Positions 37,438 through 45,900 of a stretch of 64,000 nt of DNA are shown piece after piece. The notes under the pieces are model-generated. The model searched no databases. It saw only the letters and a program-made list of their open reading frames with translations, and was not told where the DNA came from. The DNA comes from Terriglobales bacterium (GTDB lineage: Bacteria; Acidobacteriota; Terriglobia; Terriglobales; Acidobacteriaceae). Each line of letters opens with the position of its first letter. Position 1 is the stretch's first letter. The translations under genes and the position numbers were made by a program. Location of the stretch: assembly GCA_038229415.1 (NCBI GenBank), contig JBBROM010000004.1, positions 210,343 to 274,342 on the forward strand, in the 5' to 3' direction.

Positions 37438-37443
37438 GTTTTT

Positions 37444-37755
37444 CTACTCCACGTAGCCGGCCGCGTTGGTCGCGATCGGCTGGTCCGACACCAGCAAAAT
37501 TCCATGCTCCGAAAGGTCGCTGACAAATGCCTCAGCATCGCGCAACGCCTCTTCCGGCGAAACCTCAAACTCCTGGCAAACCCGGCCCGTCACAATTTCA
37601 TGCAGCGGCGTCTTGCCATCTGCTGCCAGCCAAACCGTGACTGCAACAGGATTCAGCGTGAAAAACTTGGAGTCTACCGCCGACATAATCATCATCTCGT
37701 CGCCCAGTTGACGGGCGGCGATGCGGGCACTGCGCGCGATGTAAGTCTGCGTCAT
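37444..37755 (-). CDS. PqqD-family peptide chaperone (RRE domain)
   Basis: 103 aa. LGDEMMIMSAVDSKFFTLNPVAVTVWLAADGKTPLHEIV...FEVSPEEALRDAEAFVSDLSEHGIL matches the PqqD fold pattern. Its stop codon lies 6 nt before the rSAM start. Confidence 0.85.
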   Translation of the reverse strand: MTQTYIARSARIAARQLGDEMMIMSAVDSKFFTLNPVAVTVWLAADGKTPLHEIVTGRVCQEFEVSPEEALRDAEAFVSDLSEHGILLVSDQPIATNAAGYVE

Positions 37756-37855
37756 CCATTCATCCTAACGACCGTTCCAAACTGGGAACAGCCCACAACC
37801 GGGCTATTCGTATCCCCAACCGAGCCACCATTGCCCACGAAAGTGGGACAAGCGA

Positions 37856-38668
37856 CTAGCCAATCAAATCCCACACCCGTTCGTCGGGATAAAAGTTCAG
37901 CCGACGCACCGGCACCCGCTCTAAAAACGCACACGCCCCGGCGAAGACCCGGTTTACCAGTTCCTCGTCCCGTGCGAAGAACAAAATATTTCTCATCAGC
38001 ATGCGCAGTGCTTCAGCCCGAGGAATCTCCTCAAAGTGGTTCGAGTCACCCTTGCCGAGAAAATACAGCGCCTCGATTGGCCCGGATGTATTCACACCCG
38101 GCGTACCCATCTCTCCGGCGAATGGCGTCCCGTAGGCCACGTATCCGTTTCCGTCGCCCATCCTGCGGATATACGACGCTTCATCCGTAAGCACCGAAGC
38201 GTCGGGAGGGGCTAGCCGCGAAATCGTGGTCTTGCCTGCAGTTGAGACACCCGAAAATAGAAATGCCTTGCCGTTTCGTACCACGCTCGCCGCATGCAGA
38301 AGAAAGCCGCCCTCTTGTGCCAGTGCCAGCGAATGCACGATGCGCAGCACAGAATCAATGGCATAGGGCGTCAGGGTCTGCGTGATGCGGCCTTGGCGAG
38401 TACGCGAGTCCCATTCCGCGCGAAAGTCGCCACGCTCCATGCGCCAGAGGCTTCCCTCCGCAGTTACGCTAACGTCGGCATCCGGATCGGCTAGCGCGGC
38501 GCCGTCAATTACTGTGATCTCAAACTCATAACCGGGCTCCCGGCCACTGCCAGCAAAGGTGCCGAAACGGGACTCCAGCAGTGGAATCAGCCGCGCATCC
38601 TCTGAGCGGAGCAGAACGGCAATGCCCCCGATCTCGACGACGACTTCGGCTGCCATGGTGGAATTCAC
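37856..38668 (-). CDS. HPr-kinase-related (HprK-like) serine kinase
   Basis: LHAASVVRNGKAFLFSGVSTAGKTT is the HprK C-domain P-loop context. The GTG start overlaps the upstream stop codon (GTGA). An alternative ATG lies four codons downstream. Confidence 0.8.
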   Translation of the reverse strand: MNSTMAAEVVVEIGGIAVLLRSEDARLIPLLESRFGTFAGSGREPGYEFEITVIDGAALADPDADVSVTAEGSLWRMERGDFRAEWDSRTRQGRITQTLTPYAIDSVLRIVHSLALAQEGGFLLHAASVVRNGKAFLFSGVSTAGKTTISRLAPPDASVLTDEASYIRRMGDGNGYVAYGTPFAGEMGTPGVNTSGPIEALYFLGKGDSNHFEEIPRAEALRMLMRNILFFARDEELVNRVFAGACAFLERVPVRRLNFYPDERVWDLIG

Positions 38669-39237
38669 GAATTCTCCGTGCGGTGCAAGCCGCTCACAAC
38701 GACGTGCGACGATGCGTTGTGCTTACTGTATGACTGCTTAGCCTGATACCGCTTATCCCAAAAACATTGAAGGCGGAGGGCAATCGTTCTTACCATGAGC
38801 GATCGGCGGAGGCACTCGGCTAGCCAGGAACGTTTGCGGATCGCGTAAGAAAGTGCCTGCACAGCACCGCGCCGCTCCCTGTGTGTCACCAGCCCCAGCA
38901 GACCTTCCGGGGGCAATGCCGGATCATCCCATTCCAGAAAGTCTCCCCGGCAGACCACCGTACGCATTCCGTCTTCGCCCAACCGCACGATTCTGTGGAC
39001 AACCAACCGCCCACGCTGACGGCTTAGCCACACCTGACCCACCAGCGCTTCGCGCGAGGGAATCGCCTTCACGCGCAGCACGTCGCTTGGCCAAATCGCT
39101 GGCAGCATGCTGGTGCCGTGTGCTCGGAAGCGCAACTCACCGAAGCTGCGCAGCGCTTCTTCGGCCAGGGCGCACCCCGCCAAATCGTGCTCTTCCGGGA
39201 AAGCTATGACTACGAATTCTTTCGGTTGAAGTTGCAC
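38665..39237 (-). CDS. S26-family signal-peptidase-like protease, SipW/archaeal (Ser/His) type
   Basis: The nucleophile block is GTSMLPAIWPSDVL. LVVHRIV stands where bacterial P-type enzymes have the catalytic Lys box (His instead of Lys). The GTG start overlaps the last 28 nt of the precursor ORF. Confidence 0.7.
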   Translation of the reverse strand: MQLQPKEFVVIAFPEEHDLAGCALAEEALRSFGELRFRAHGTSMLPAIWPSDVLRVKAIPSREALVGQVWLSRQRGRLVVHRIVRLGEDGMRTVVCRGDFLEWDDPALPPEGLLGLVTHRERRGAVQALSYAIRKRSWLAECLRRSLMVRTIALRLQCFWDKRYQAKQSYSKHNASSHVVVSGLHRTENS

Positions 39238-39380
39238 TGCGAACCGCCAGCTGGCGTCTTACCGCAGGCCAACGCCATGGTTTCAAACACTTCTTCGTAG
39301 CGATATTCAGGCTTGGCGTATTGCTTTTTTTCGGTCGGAACTGCGACCGTCGTTCCTGAGGTGGCGTTGAGCTTTTCCAT
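39210..39380 (-). CDS. Candidate RiPP precursor peptide, 56 aa (not in the supplied ORF track)
   Basis: Hand translation gives MEKLNATSGTTVAVPTEKKQYAKPEYRYEEVFETMALACGKTPAGGSQCNFNRKNS followed by a stop. aaggag lies 11 nt upstream of the ATG and an in-frame TAA lies 6 codons upstream. It sits at the head of the maturase operon. Confidence 0.7.
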   Translation of the reverse strand: MEKLNATSGTTVAVPTEKKQYAKPEYRYEEVFETMALACGKTPAGGSQCNFNRKNS

Positions 39381-39448
39381 GATCCGAGGATCTCCTTAGT
39401 CTTGGGTTTGCCTCATTGCGGGCAGAGACGAGACCCGTTTTGAAACTG

Positions 39449-39481
39449 ATTATATCTATTTCGGGAAAAATTCCTTATCAA
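39449..39481 (-). promoter_or_regulatory. Candidate promoter hexamers in the AT-rich gap upstream of the precursor ORF
   Basis: On the minus strand there is a TTGATA (39481-39476) and a perfect TATAAT (39454-39449), but they are 21 nt apart. A TAGATA lies at the canonical 17-nt spacing. The assignment is tentative. Confidence 0.3.
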
Positions 39482-39584
39482 ATTTTACAATTCCTGTGAA
39501 TCGTATGGACTTTAGGCTCAGAGAGGGTGGAATCAGTAAATACAGGCTAGAAGAAAGGGGCGGGATTCCAGGATAGGGATAACT

Positions 39585-40409
39585 CTAGTAATAAGCCAGC
39601 GATCCCCGGCGTCTAGCGGAACGCAGCGCCAGATCGAAGGCAAACCATCCTAAGGGAAGCAGAAGACAGCCGGAGGCAAGCTGTGCCAATTCAGGAAATA
39701 GCTGACCAGGACTGCTCCCCGAGAGCAGGGCTGCCCTCATACACGTCAGCGCTTGGGTCAACGGAAACGCTCGTGCCCACCACTGCAAGGGGCCGGGCAA
39801 CGCACTCACCGGGAACAGCGTTCCCGTCATCATCCACGTAGCGGTGCCGATGGCCCACAGAATGGCGCTGCCGCGCTGGATTGCCAGCTGCACGGCCGCT
39901 GCGATCAGGCCCAAGCCCACCACGATCACCAGCGAGAGAAGCAATACAATCAACACGCTCCAAGGATTCGCCGCCCCGAGGGACGCTCCGAAGAAGATCG
40001 CTCCGCCAAGCAGATAGAGAAACATCCCAAACGCGCTGCTCAAGAAAGAGGCGAACGCACTTAGCAGCACCAGCACCGTAGGCGAAGTAGAGGTGGTCAT
40101 CAGGACTTCCAGCATTCCCGTAGTTTGGGCTTCTTGAATCAGATTTAGAAACGCGCTGATGCCGTTTAGCAGGAAGCTGTAAAAGCCGGTGCCAACCAGT
40201 AAAAAGAGGAAGTAGTCATGCCCTTCGGGCCGATAACCTGCACCAATCGAACGCGCAAGAAAAAAGAAAACGGCCAGCTCCGCTAGATGCGTGAGCGCCG
40301 AAAGGGCGAATCCAGCGGGATAACGCAGAGCGGTGAGTATGGCTCGGCGTAACACCGCCACCATCTTGTCGGCTAGTAGCGCGACCGAGCGACTCAGGCG
40401 AGGAATCAT
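39585..40409 (-). CDS. ABC-2-type transporter permease
   Basis: 274-aa protein with six hydrophobic segments. Its ATG overlaps the stop codon of the upstream ATPase gene (ATGA). Confidence 0.8.
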   Translation of the reverse strand: MIPRLSRSVALLADKMVAVLRRAILTALRYPAGFALSALTHLAELAVFFFLARSIGAGYRPEGHDYFLFLLVGTGFYSFLLNGISAFLNLIQEAQTTGMLEVLMTTSTSPTVLVLLSAFASFLSSAFGMFLYLLGGAIFFGASLGAANPWSVLIVLLLSLVIVVGLGLIAAAVQLAIQRGSAILWAIGTATWMMTGTLFPVSALPGPLQWWARAFPLTQALTCMRAALLSGSSPGQLFPELAQLASGCLLLPLGWFAFDLALRSARRRGSLAYY

Positions 40410-41293
40410 GCCGGGCCTCCCGTTGGTGCTGAATTAGAGGAAGAGGCAGCAGGCGGCTCAGGCGGCCCGTCCACTCCATCGCCAATTGCTAGATCGAGTT
40501 CATCGAGCAATGGGTTCCCTATCCGGCCACAGGCCCGAAAATAGGTCTCGCGAAGCGAGGACGAGTTGCGGCCCGAGGGACGGTCGTCATGATGAACCAT
40601 GCGGCCTTGTTGCAGGATTGCGACCTCGTCGGCTACCGCGGCAGCTTCTGTAAAGCTGTGGGTCGCCAGCAGGATGGTTGTTCCCTGCTGCGCCAGCGCG
40701 CGCACCAAGTGCCAGAACTGCTCGGCCGAGCCGGGGTCGAGACTGCGTGTAGGTTCATCGAGCAGCAAAATCGGAGGGCGCTTGAGCAAGGCGCGAGCGA
40801 GGCCCAGACGCTGCGTCATGCCGCTGGAAAACTTCATGACCAGCTTGCCGGAAGCATCGTTCAGGCCAGCGAGCGCGAGCGATTCCGCAACGCGGCGCGT
40901 GCGGGTCGCGCGGGGCACTTCTTCCAGCGCGGCGAAGAACTCGAGATTCTCTTCCGCCGTAAGCCGGGGGAAGAACGACCGCTCGTGAACCAGCACGAAA
41001 CCGACCCGTTGGCGCACGGCCTGATCTTCGTGAACCGTGTCATGGCCCTGCACCAGAATGCTACCCTCGTCAGGAAACAGAATGGAGGACACCATTTTCA
41101 GGGTTGTGGTTTTGCCGCTGCCGTTCGGGCCAAGTAGGACGAGGATACGTCCCGGAGCAAGGCGGAAGCTCAGGTCGCGAACTGCCCATTCTGGCTCCGT
41201 GAGAGCTAGCTCACGGTGCGGCCAAGGCAGCCAACTGCCGCCGCGCCGGTAGCGCTTGCTCACCGCGTTCAGGATGATCGCTTCAAATGCCAT
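40406..41293 (-). CDS. ABC transporter ATP-binding protein
   Basis: Walker A GPNGSGKTT, signature FSSGMTQRL and Walker B ILLLDEPT. I prefer the Met at 41293 (MAFEAIILNAV) to the tracked start at 41311. The C-terminal tail is Pro/Ala/Ser-rich. Confidence 0.9.
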   Translation of the reverse strand: MAFEAIILNAVSKRYRRGGSWLPWPHRELALTEPEWAVRDLSFRLAPGRILVLLGPNGSGKTTTLKMVSSILFPDEGSILVQGHDTVHEDQAVRQRVGFVLVHERSFFPRLTAEENLEFFAALEEVPRATRTRRVAESLALAGLNDASGKLVMKFSSGMTQRLGLARALLKRPPILLLDEPTRSLDPGSAEQFWHLVRALAQQGTTILLATHSFTEAAAVADEVAILQQGRMVHHDDRPSGRNSSSLRETYFRACGRIGNPLLDELDLAIGDGVDGPPEPPAASSSNSAPTGGPA

Positions 41294-41404
41294 GGGGAGG
41301 AAAGGCCGCACTGCTTCGCGCCAGCGCGAGCACGTGCGAACGACCTATTATAGGTCTGGCTCGCAGGCGCAGCGGCTAGAAGGGTACGGTTCTAGTAAGG
41401 AAAT

Positions 41405-42583
41405 ATGAAATCTGATTCCAAAACAGAATCGCGGTCCAAGCTAACTCCCGAGTTTGCTTTATTGCTGCGGGCGGTGTCGCTAGACGCGTGTGAGGGCGAA
41501 TCAAAGCTCGCTGCGAACAACGACTGGCCTCGCCTGGCTGATCTGGCCGATGCTCATGGCCTTTCCGTGCGGCTGGGTGGATTGCTGCAACGGTATCAGG
41601 ATCAGGTTCCGGCGGAACTGCTTGAGGCATTGGCCCGCGAAACCGCGGCCAATGCTCGGCGCAATCTCGAATTCACGCAGCGTTTGCTGAGAATTGTGAA
41701 TGCACTGGCGGAAGTGGGCGTCCCTGCGCTGGCCTATAAAGGCCCGGTGCTGGCAGAGATGCTCTATGGCAGTCAACCGCTGCGCGAGTTCCGCGATGTG
41801 GATGTACTCATCCGGCCTGAAGACTGGCCAAGCGCCAAGCAGCGCATGATCGCGCTTGGGCTCACGCCGAACCAGAGCTTTACCGTTGGGCAAGAAGCGG
41901 CTTACGTCCGCTCGAACAACGAGATGGCGTTTGACGGTTGGGGTGCCCGCAACTGGCTGGAGATTGAATGGGCCATTGTGCCGCGCTACTTTAGTGTGGA
42001 GATGCGGGTGGAGGATTTACTGGCGCGATCGGTAGAATTTTCGCTGGCGGGCGCGATGGTGCGAACGCTCTGCGCGGAAGACACGCTGCTGGCGCTGGCG
42101 GTGCATGGCAGCAAGCATGGCTGGTCACGACTGTGCTGGGTGGCCGACATCGCCGACCTGTTGCGAGTTCGCGAGTTGGATTGGGATGTGGTGTTAAGAG
42201 AAGCGGAACGATTAGGAGTGATGCGTATGGTGCGCGTGGCGTTGCGCTTGGCGGCGCAGGTGAATCCGGGCATGCGTGCAGATTTGCCTTTGAACACTAT
42301 TGCGGAACAGCAAGCTGTGGATGGATTGGCGGGGGAATTTTGGCGCGCGTTGCAATATGAGCCGCAGCGCTATACGCAGGAGTCGTGGCGATACTTTCTG
42401 ATGATGCCGCGCTTGCGCGAACGCGGCGGTGATCGTTTGCGATTTGTGTGGCGTCTGCTGGCGACGCCGGAAACTGGGGAGTGGAAGTTGGTGAGTCTGC
42501 CGGATTCGCTTTACGGGCTTTACTATCCGTTGCGGGGATTACGGCTGGCGATGAAGCTGTTGCGGAGGCTGTTGCGGTTCTAG
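41405..42583 (+). CDS. Nucleotidyltransferase-family protein (NTP_transf_5 type)
   Basis: The blocks ALAYKGPVLAEMLYGSQPLREFRDVDVLIRPEDW and LALAVHGSKHGW are characteristic of the uncharacterised nucleotidyltransferases found beside PqqD/HprK-like pairs. It is divergent from the ABC genes. Confidence 0.75.
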   Translation: MKSDSKTESRSKLTPEFALLLRAVSLDACEGESKLAANNDWPRLADLADAHGLSVRLGGLLQRYQDQVPAELLEALARETAANARRNLEFTQRLLRIVNALAEVGVPALAYKGPVLAEMLYGSQPLREFRDVDVLIRPEDWPSAKQRMIALGLTPNQSFTVGQEAAYVRSNNEMAFDGWGARNWLEIEWAIVPRYFSVEMRVEDLLARSVEFSLAGAMVRTLCAEDTLLALAVHGSKHGWSRLCWVADIADLLRVRELDWDVVLREAERLGVMRMVRVALRLAAQVNPGMRADLPLNTIAEQQAVDGLAGEFWRALQYEPQRYTQESWRYFLMMPRLRERGGDRLRFVWRLLATPETGEWKLVSLPDSLYGLYYPLRGLRLAMKLLRRLLRF

Positions 42584-42589
42584 CACTGG

Positions 42590-42935
42590 GCGGTTTGGTT
42601 GGCGCAGATCCCGTGCCGCCCCTACGGGGCTCGACTTTTGCGCCGTGCCTACCCAGGGCTTACGCCCTGGGCTAAATGCAAGTTCGCCCCTGACGGGGCT
42701 GCGGCAGGGGTGGAGCGAACGTCGCAAGCATAGACCAAAGTACGCGGCTAATGAGCTGCGGGTTATTTTCGAGCGGCGGTCGCAGCACTGCCTGGAGGCG
42801 TGGCACGGTAGGGGTCCTTCGACTACGCGGAGAGACTCGCGTTGCGAATCTCTCCGCTCCGCTCAGGATGACAGGGGGGATGAGTCTGAAACTGACCACT
42901 GCCCAGTGATCGCGCTTCTCGCGCCGGGTCTGGGG
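42590..42935. repeat. Cluster of REP-like hairpin elements, including copy B (42807-42879) of the element at 2787-2867
   Basis: Small GC hairpins are present: gcccc-tac-ggggc, cccagggc-ttac-gccctggg and gcccc-tgac-ggggc. Then comes ggtaggggtccttcgactacgcggagagactcgcgttgcgaatctctccgctccgctcaggatgaca plus a G-run. Confidence 0.8.
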
Positions 42936-42975
42936 TTTGCGCTATCCTCAAGAGTTCTCTGGGAGGGCCTTTTTC

Positions 42976-45900
42976 ATGAAGCAATTTCGCGGACTTGTCG
43001 AATCCGTCACTGCGTTTTCTGCCGTTATTCTTGCCACGCTTTCTCTGGTCGCATTCTTCCCTGCAAGCAGTGCGGCGCAGGATGTGACCTCGCTCTACAG
43101 CGACATGCACTGGCGCATGATTGGACCGTTCCGCGCCGGGCGGACGGTTGCGGGTGCGGGCATTCCCACCCAGCCCTGCGTATTTTATGTGGGCCCAAAT
43201 AACGGCGGCGTGTGGAAGACGGACGACTGCGGCAACACTTGGCAGTCGGTGTTTGAGGGCAACACGCAATCGGTGGGGGCGCTGGCGATTGCGCCGTCGA
43301 ATCCTGACATTATCTATGTCGGCAGCGGTGAGGGATTGCGCCGCCCTGATCTTTCCATCGGCGACGGCATGTACAAGACGACCGATGCAGGCAAAACGTG
43401 GACGCATCTCGGCCTGCGCGACGGCCAGCAGATTGGCGCGATCATCGTGGATCCGAAGAATCCTGACCGGCTATTCGTTGCGGTGCTGGGGCATCCTTAT
43501 GGCCCTAATGTGGAGCGTGGAATTTTCCGCTCGCTCGATGGAGGGCAGACGTTCACCAAAGTGCTTTACAAGAACGACATTCTTGGCGGCATTGATCTCG
43601 CCTTCGATCCGCGCGACAGCAGGAAGATTTATGCGTCGCTTTGGGCTTCGATGCGCACGCCGTGGTGGTGGGGAAATAATCTTGAAGGTCCGGGCAGTGC
43701 GCTCTATAAGTCTGACGATGGCGGCGAAACTTGGCGCGAGTTGAACAAGGGCTTTCCGGAAAAGCATAACCGGATCAGTATCACGATTGCGCCGTCGAAC
43801 CCCGACCGCATGTACGCGACTGTGGATGTAAGCGACGCCGGCGGCGTCTATCGCTCGGACGATGCCGGCGAGAGCTGGACGCTGGTTAACTCCGAGGAAC
43901 GCGTGGTTGGGCGCAACTCGGACTTTGCGTGGATTCGCGTTCATCCGAAAGATGCTGACACGATTTACATCAGCAATACTTCGACGTATAAATCCACGGA
44001 CGGTGGCAAGACGGTGACCGCGATCAAGGGTGCTCCGGGCGGCGACGACTATCATGCGACGTGGATCAATCCGCTGAATCCCGACATCATGCTGCTGACG
44101 GTGGATCAGGGCGCAGTCGTTACTGTGAATGGTGGCAAAACGTGGAGCAGTTGGTACAACCAGCCCACGGCGCAGATTTATCATGTGGCGACGGACAATC
44201 AGTTTCCGTATTGGGTCTATGGTTCGCAGCAGGATAGCGGCTCGGTTGGCACGACGAGTCGCAGTGACTACGGGGGCATCACGTTCCGCGACTGGCATCC
44301 CATTGGCATTGAAGAGTACGGCTACGTGGCACCCGATCCGCTGCATCCTGATATTTTGTATGGCGGCAAGTTTACCAAGTTTGATCGCCGCACGGGACAG
44401 GTGCAGGATGTGAGTCCGTGGGTGATTCGTACGGGCAAGTATCGGCTGAATCGTTCGCAACCGGTGATGTTCAATCCGGTGGATCCGCACATTCTCTACT
44501 TCGGTTCGCAGGTGCTGTTTGAAACGCGCGATGGCGGGCACAGTTGGAAAGAAATTTCTCCGGATCTGAGTCGCCCGGAGCCGGTGACGCCCGCGACGGT
44601 CGGCCCTGAGTTTGTAAACAACGATCCGCTCAAAGGCATTCATCATGGAGTGATTTATTCCATCGCACCTTCACCGAAGGATGTGAACCTGATTTGGGCT
44701 GGCACCGATGATGGCCTGGTACACGTGACCCGCGACGGCGGCAAAAAGTGGGAGAACGTTACGCCGCCCGAGATGACGGCGTGGAGCAAAGTGACGCAGA
44801 TGGATGCGGGACATTTCGATGCAAAAACTGCATACATTTCGGTGAGCCGCTTCCGGCTGGATGATCTGCACGCCTATATTTATCGCACGCACGACGGCGG
44901 CAAGACCTGGCAGAAGATCACCAATGGAATTTCGGATGACGCAGCGGTGGATGCGGTGCGCGAAGATCCGGAGAAGCCTGGGCTGTTGTTTGCGGGCACC
45001 GAGCGTGCCATGTGGGCCAGCTTCGACGATGGCGACCATTGGCATTCCCTGCAAATGAACCTGCCGCTCACCGCAATGCGCGATTTCGTGATCCACGGCG
45101 ACGACATTGTGGTGGGCACGCATGGGCGATCCTTCTGGATTCTCGACGACATCACACCACTGCGCCAGATCAAGGAAAGCGACTTCAGCAAGACTCGACT
45201 GTTTGCGCCGCAACTAGCGACGCGGATTCGTCGGAGTACGTATCCTGACACGCCGCTACCACCCGAGACGCCGATGGGGCAGAATCCGCCGGATGGCGCG
45301 GTGATTGACTACTTTCTGAAAGATGGGGCGAAGCAGGTGACGATTCAGATCGTAGATTCGGAAGGCAATGTGGCGAGGACGTATTCCAGCGATGACAAGC
45401 CGGAGCCGGTGAACGAGAAGGAACTCAACGTCCCGCTGTATTGGGTGCGGTACGAGAAGACGCTGCCCAACACGGTTGGCATGCATCGCTGGCATTGGGA
45501 TTTGAGCTATGCGCGTCCGAAGGGGCTGGACACGGAGTATCCCATCAGCGCGATTCCGCACGATACGCCCAACGAACCGCTGGGGCCGAGTGCGCTGCCT
45601 GGTCAATATCTAGTGCGGCTTATTGTAGACCACGCTGTGATGCAACAGCCACTCAAGGTGCGAATGGATCCGCGAGTGCTGGCTACAGCGTCTGATCTGA
45701 AGGCCATGTTTGATGCACAGCAAGAAGCGGCCACGCAGATCGCCAAGAACAACGACACTTTGGCCGAGGTTCGTAATTGGAAGAAGCAACTGCGTGAACT
45801 GGCTGGTGTGCCTGAACCGCTTCGCGACAAGGCACATGACCTTGCCGACAAGCTGGAGAAATTAGAGAAAGGCAACGGAACCCGTGAGCCGGGCATTCTT

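Noticed and set aside
37752-37934. 60-aa minus-strand ORF (...VACPTFVGNGGSVGDTNSPVVGCSQFGTVVRMNG) as a possible second Cys-containing precursor
   Set aside because: Its start lies inside the HprK-like gene. The only part in the 100-nt intergenic gap would need a GTG start with no Shine-Dalgarno, and its end overlaps the PqqD start. Evidence is far weaker than for the 39210-39380 ORF. It would only be worth checking if conserved in homologous clusters.
36694-38190. 498-aa plus-strand ORF across the RiPP operon
   Set aside because: It is antisense to the radical SAM, PqqD and HprK-like genes, all of which have clear family motifs. Its own translation is Arg-rich with no motifs. This is a typical shadow ORF in high-GC DNA.
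34440-42583. Interpreting the cluster as a standard lasso-peptide locus
   Set aside because: PqqD, an HprK-like kinase and NTP_transf_5 are lasso-associated. However, no Asn-synthetase-like cyclase or transglutaminase-like leader protease is encoded anywhere in the window. The candidate core also lacks an obvious Gly/Ala/Ser/Cys-1 to Asp/Glu-7/8/9 macrolactam arrangement, having no Asp or Glu at all.
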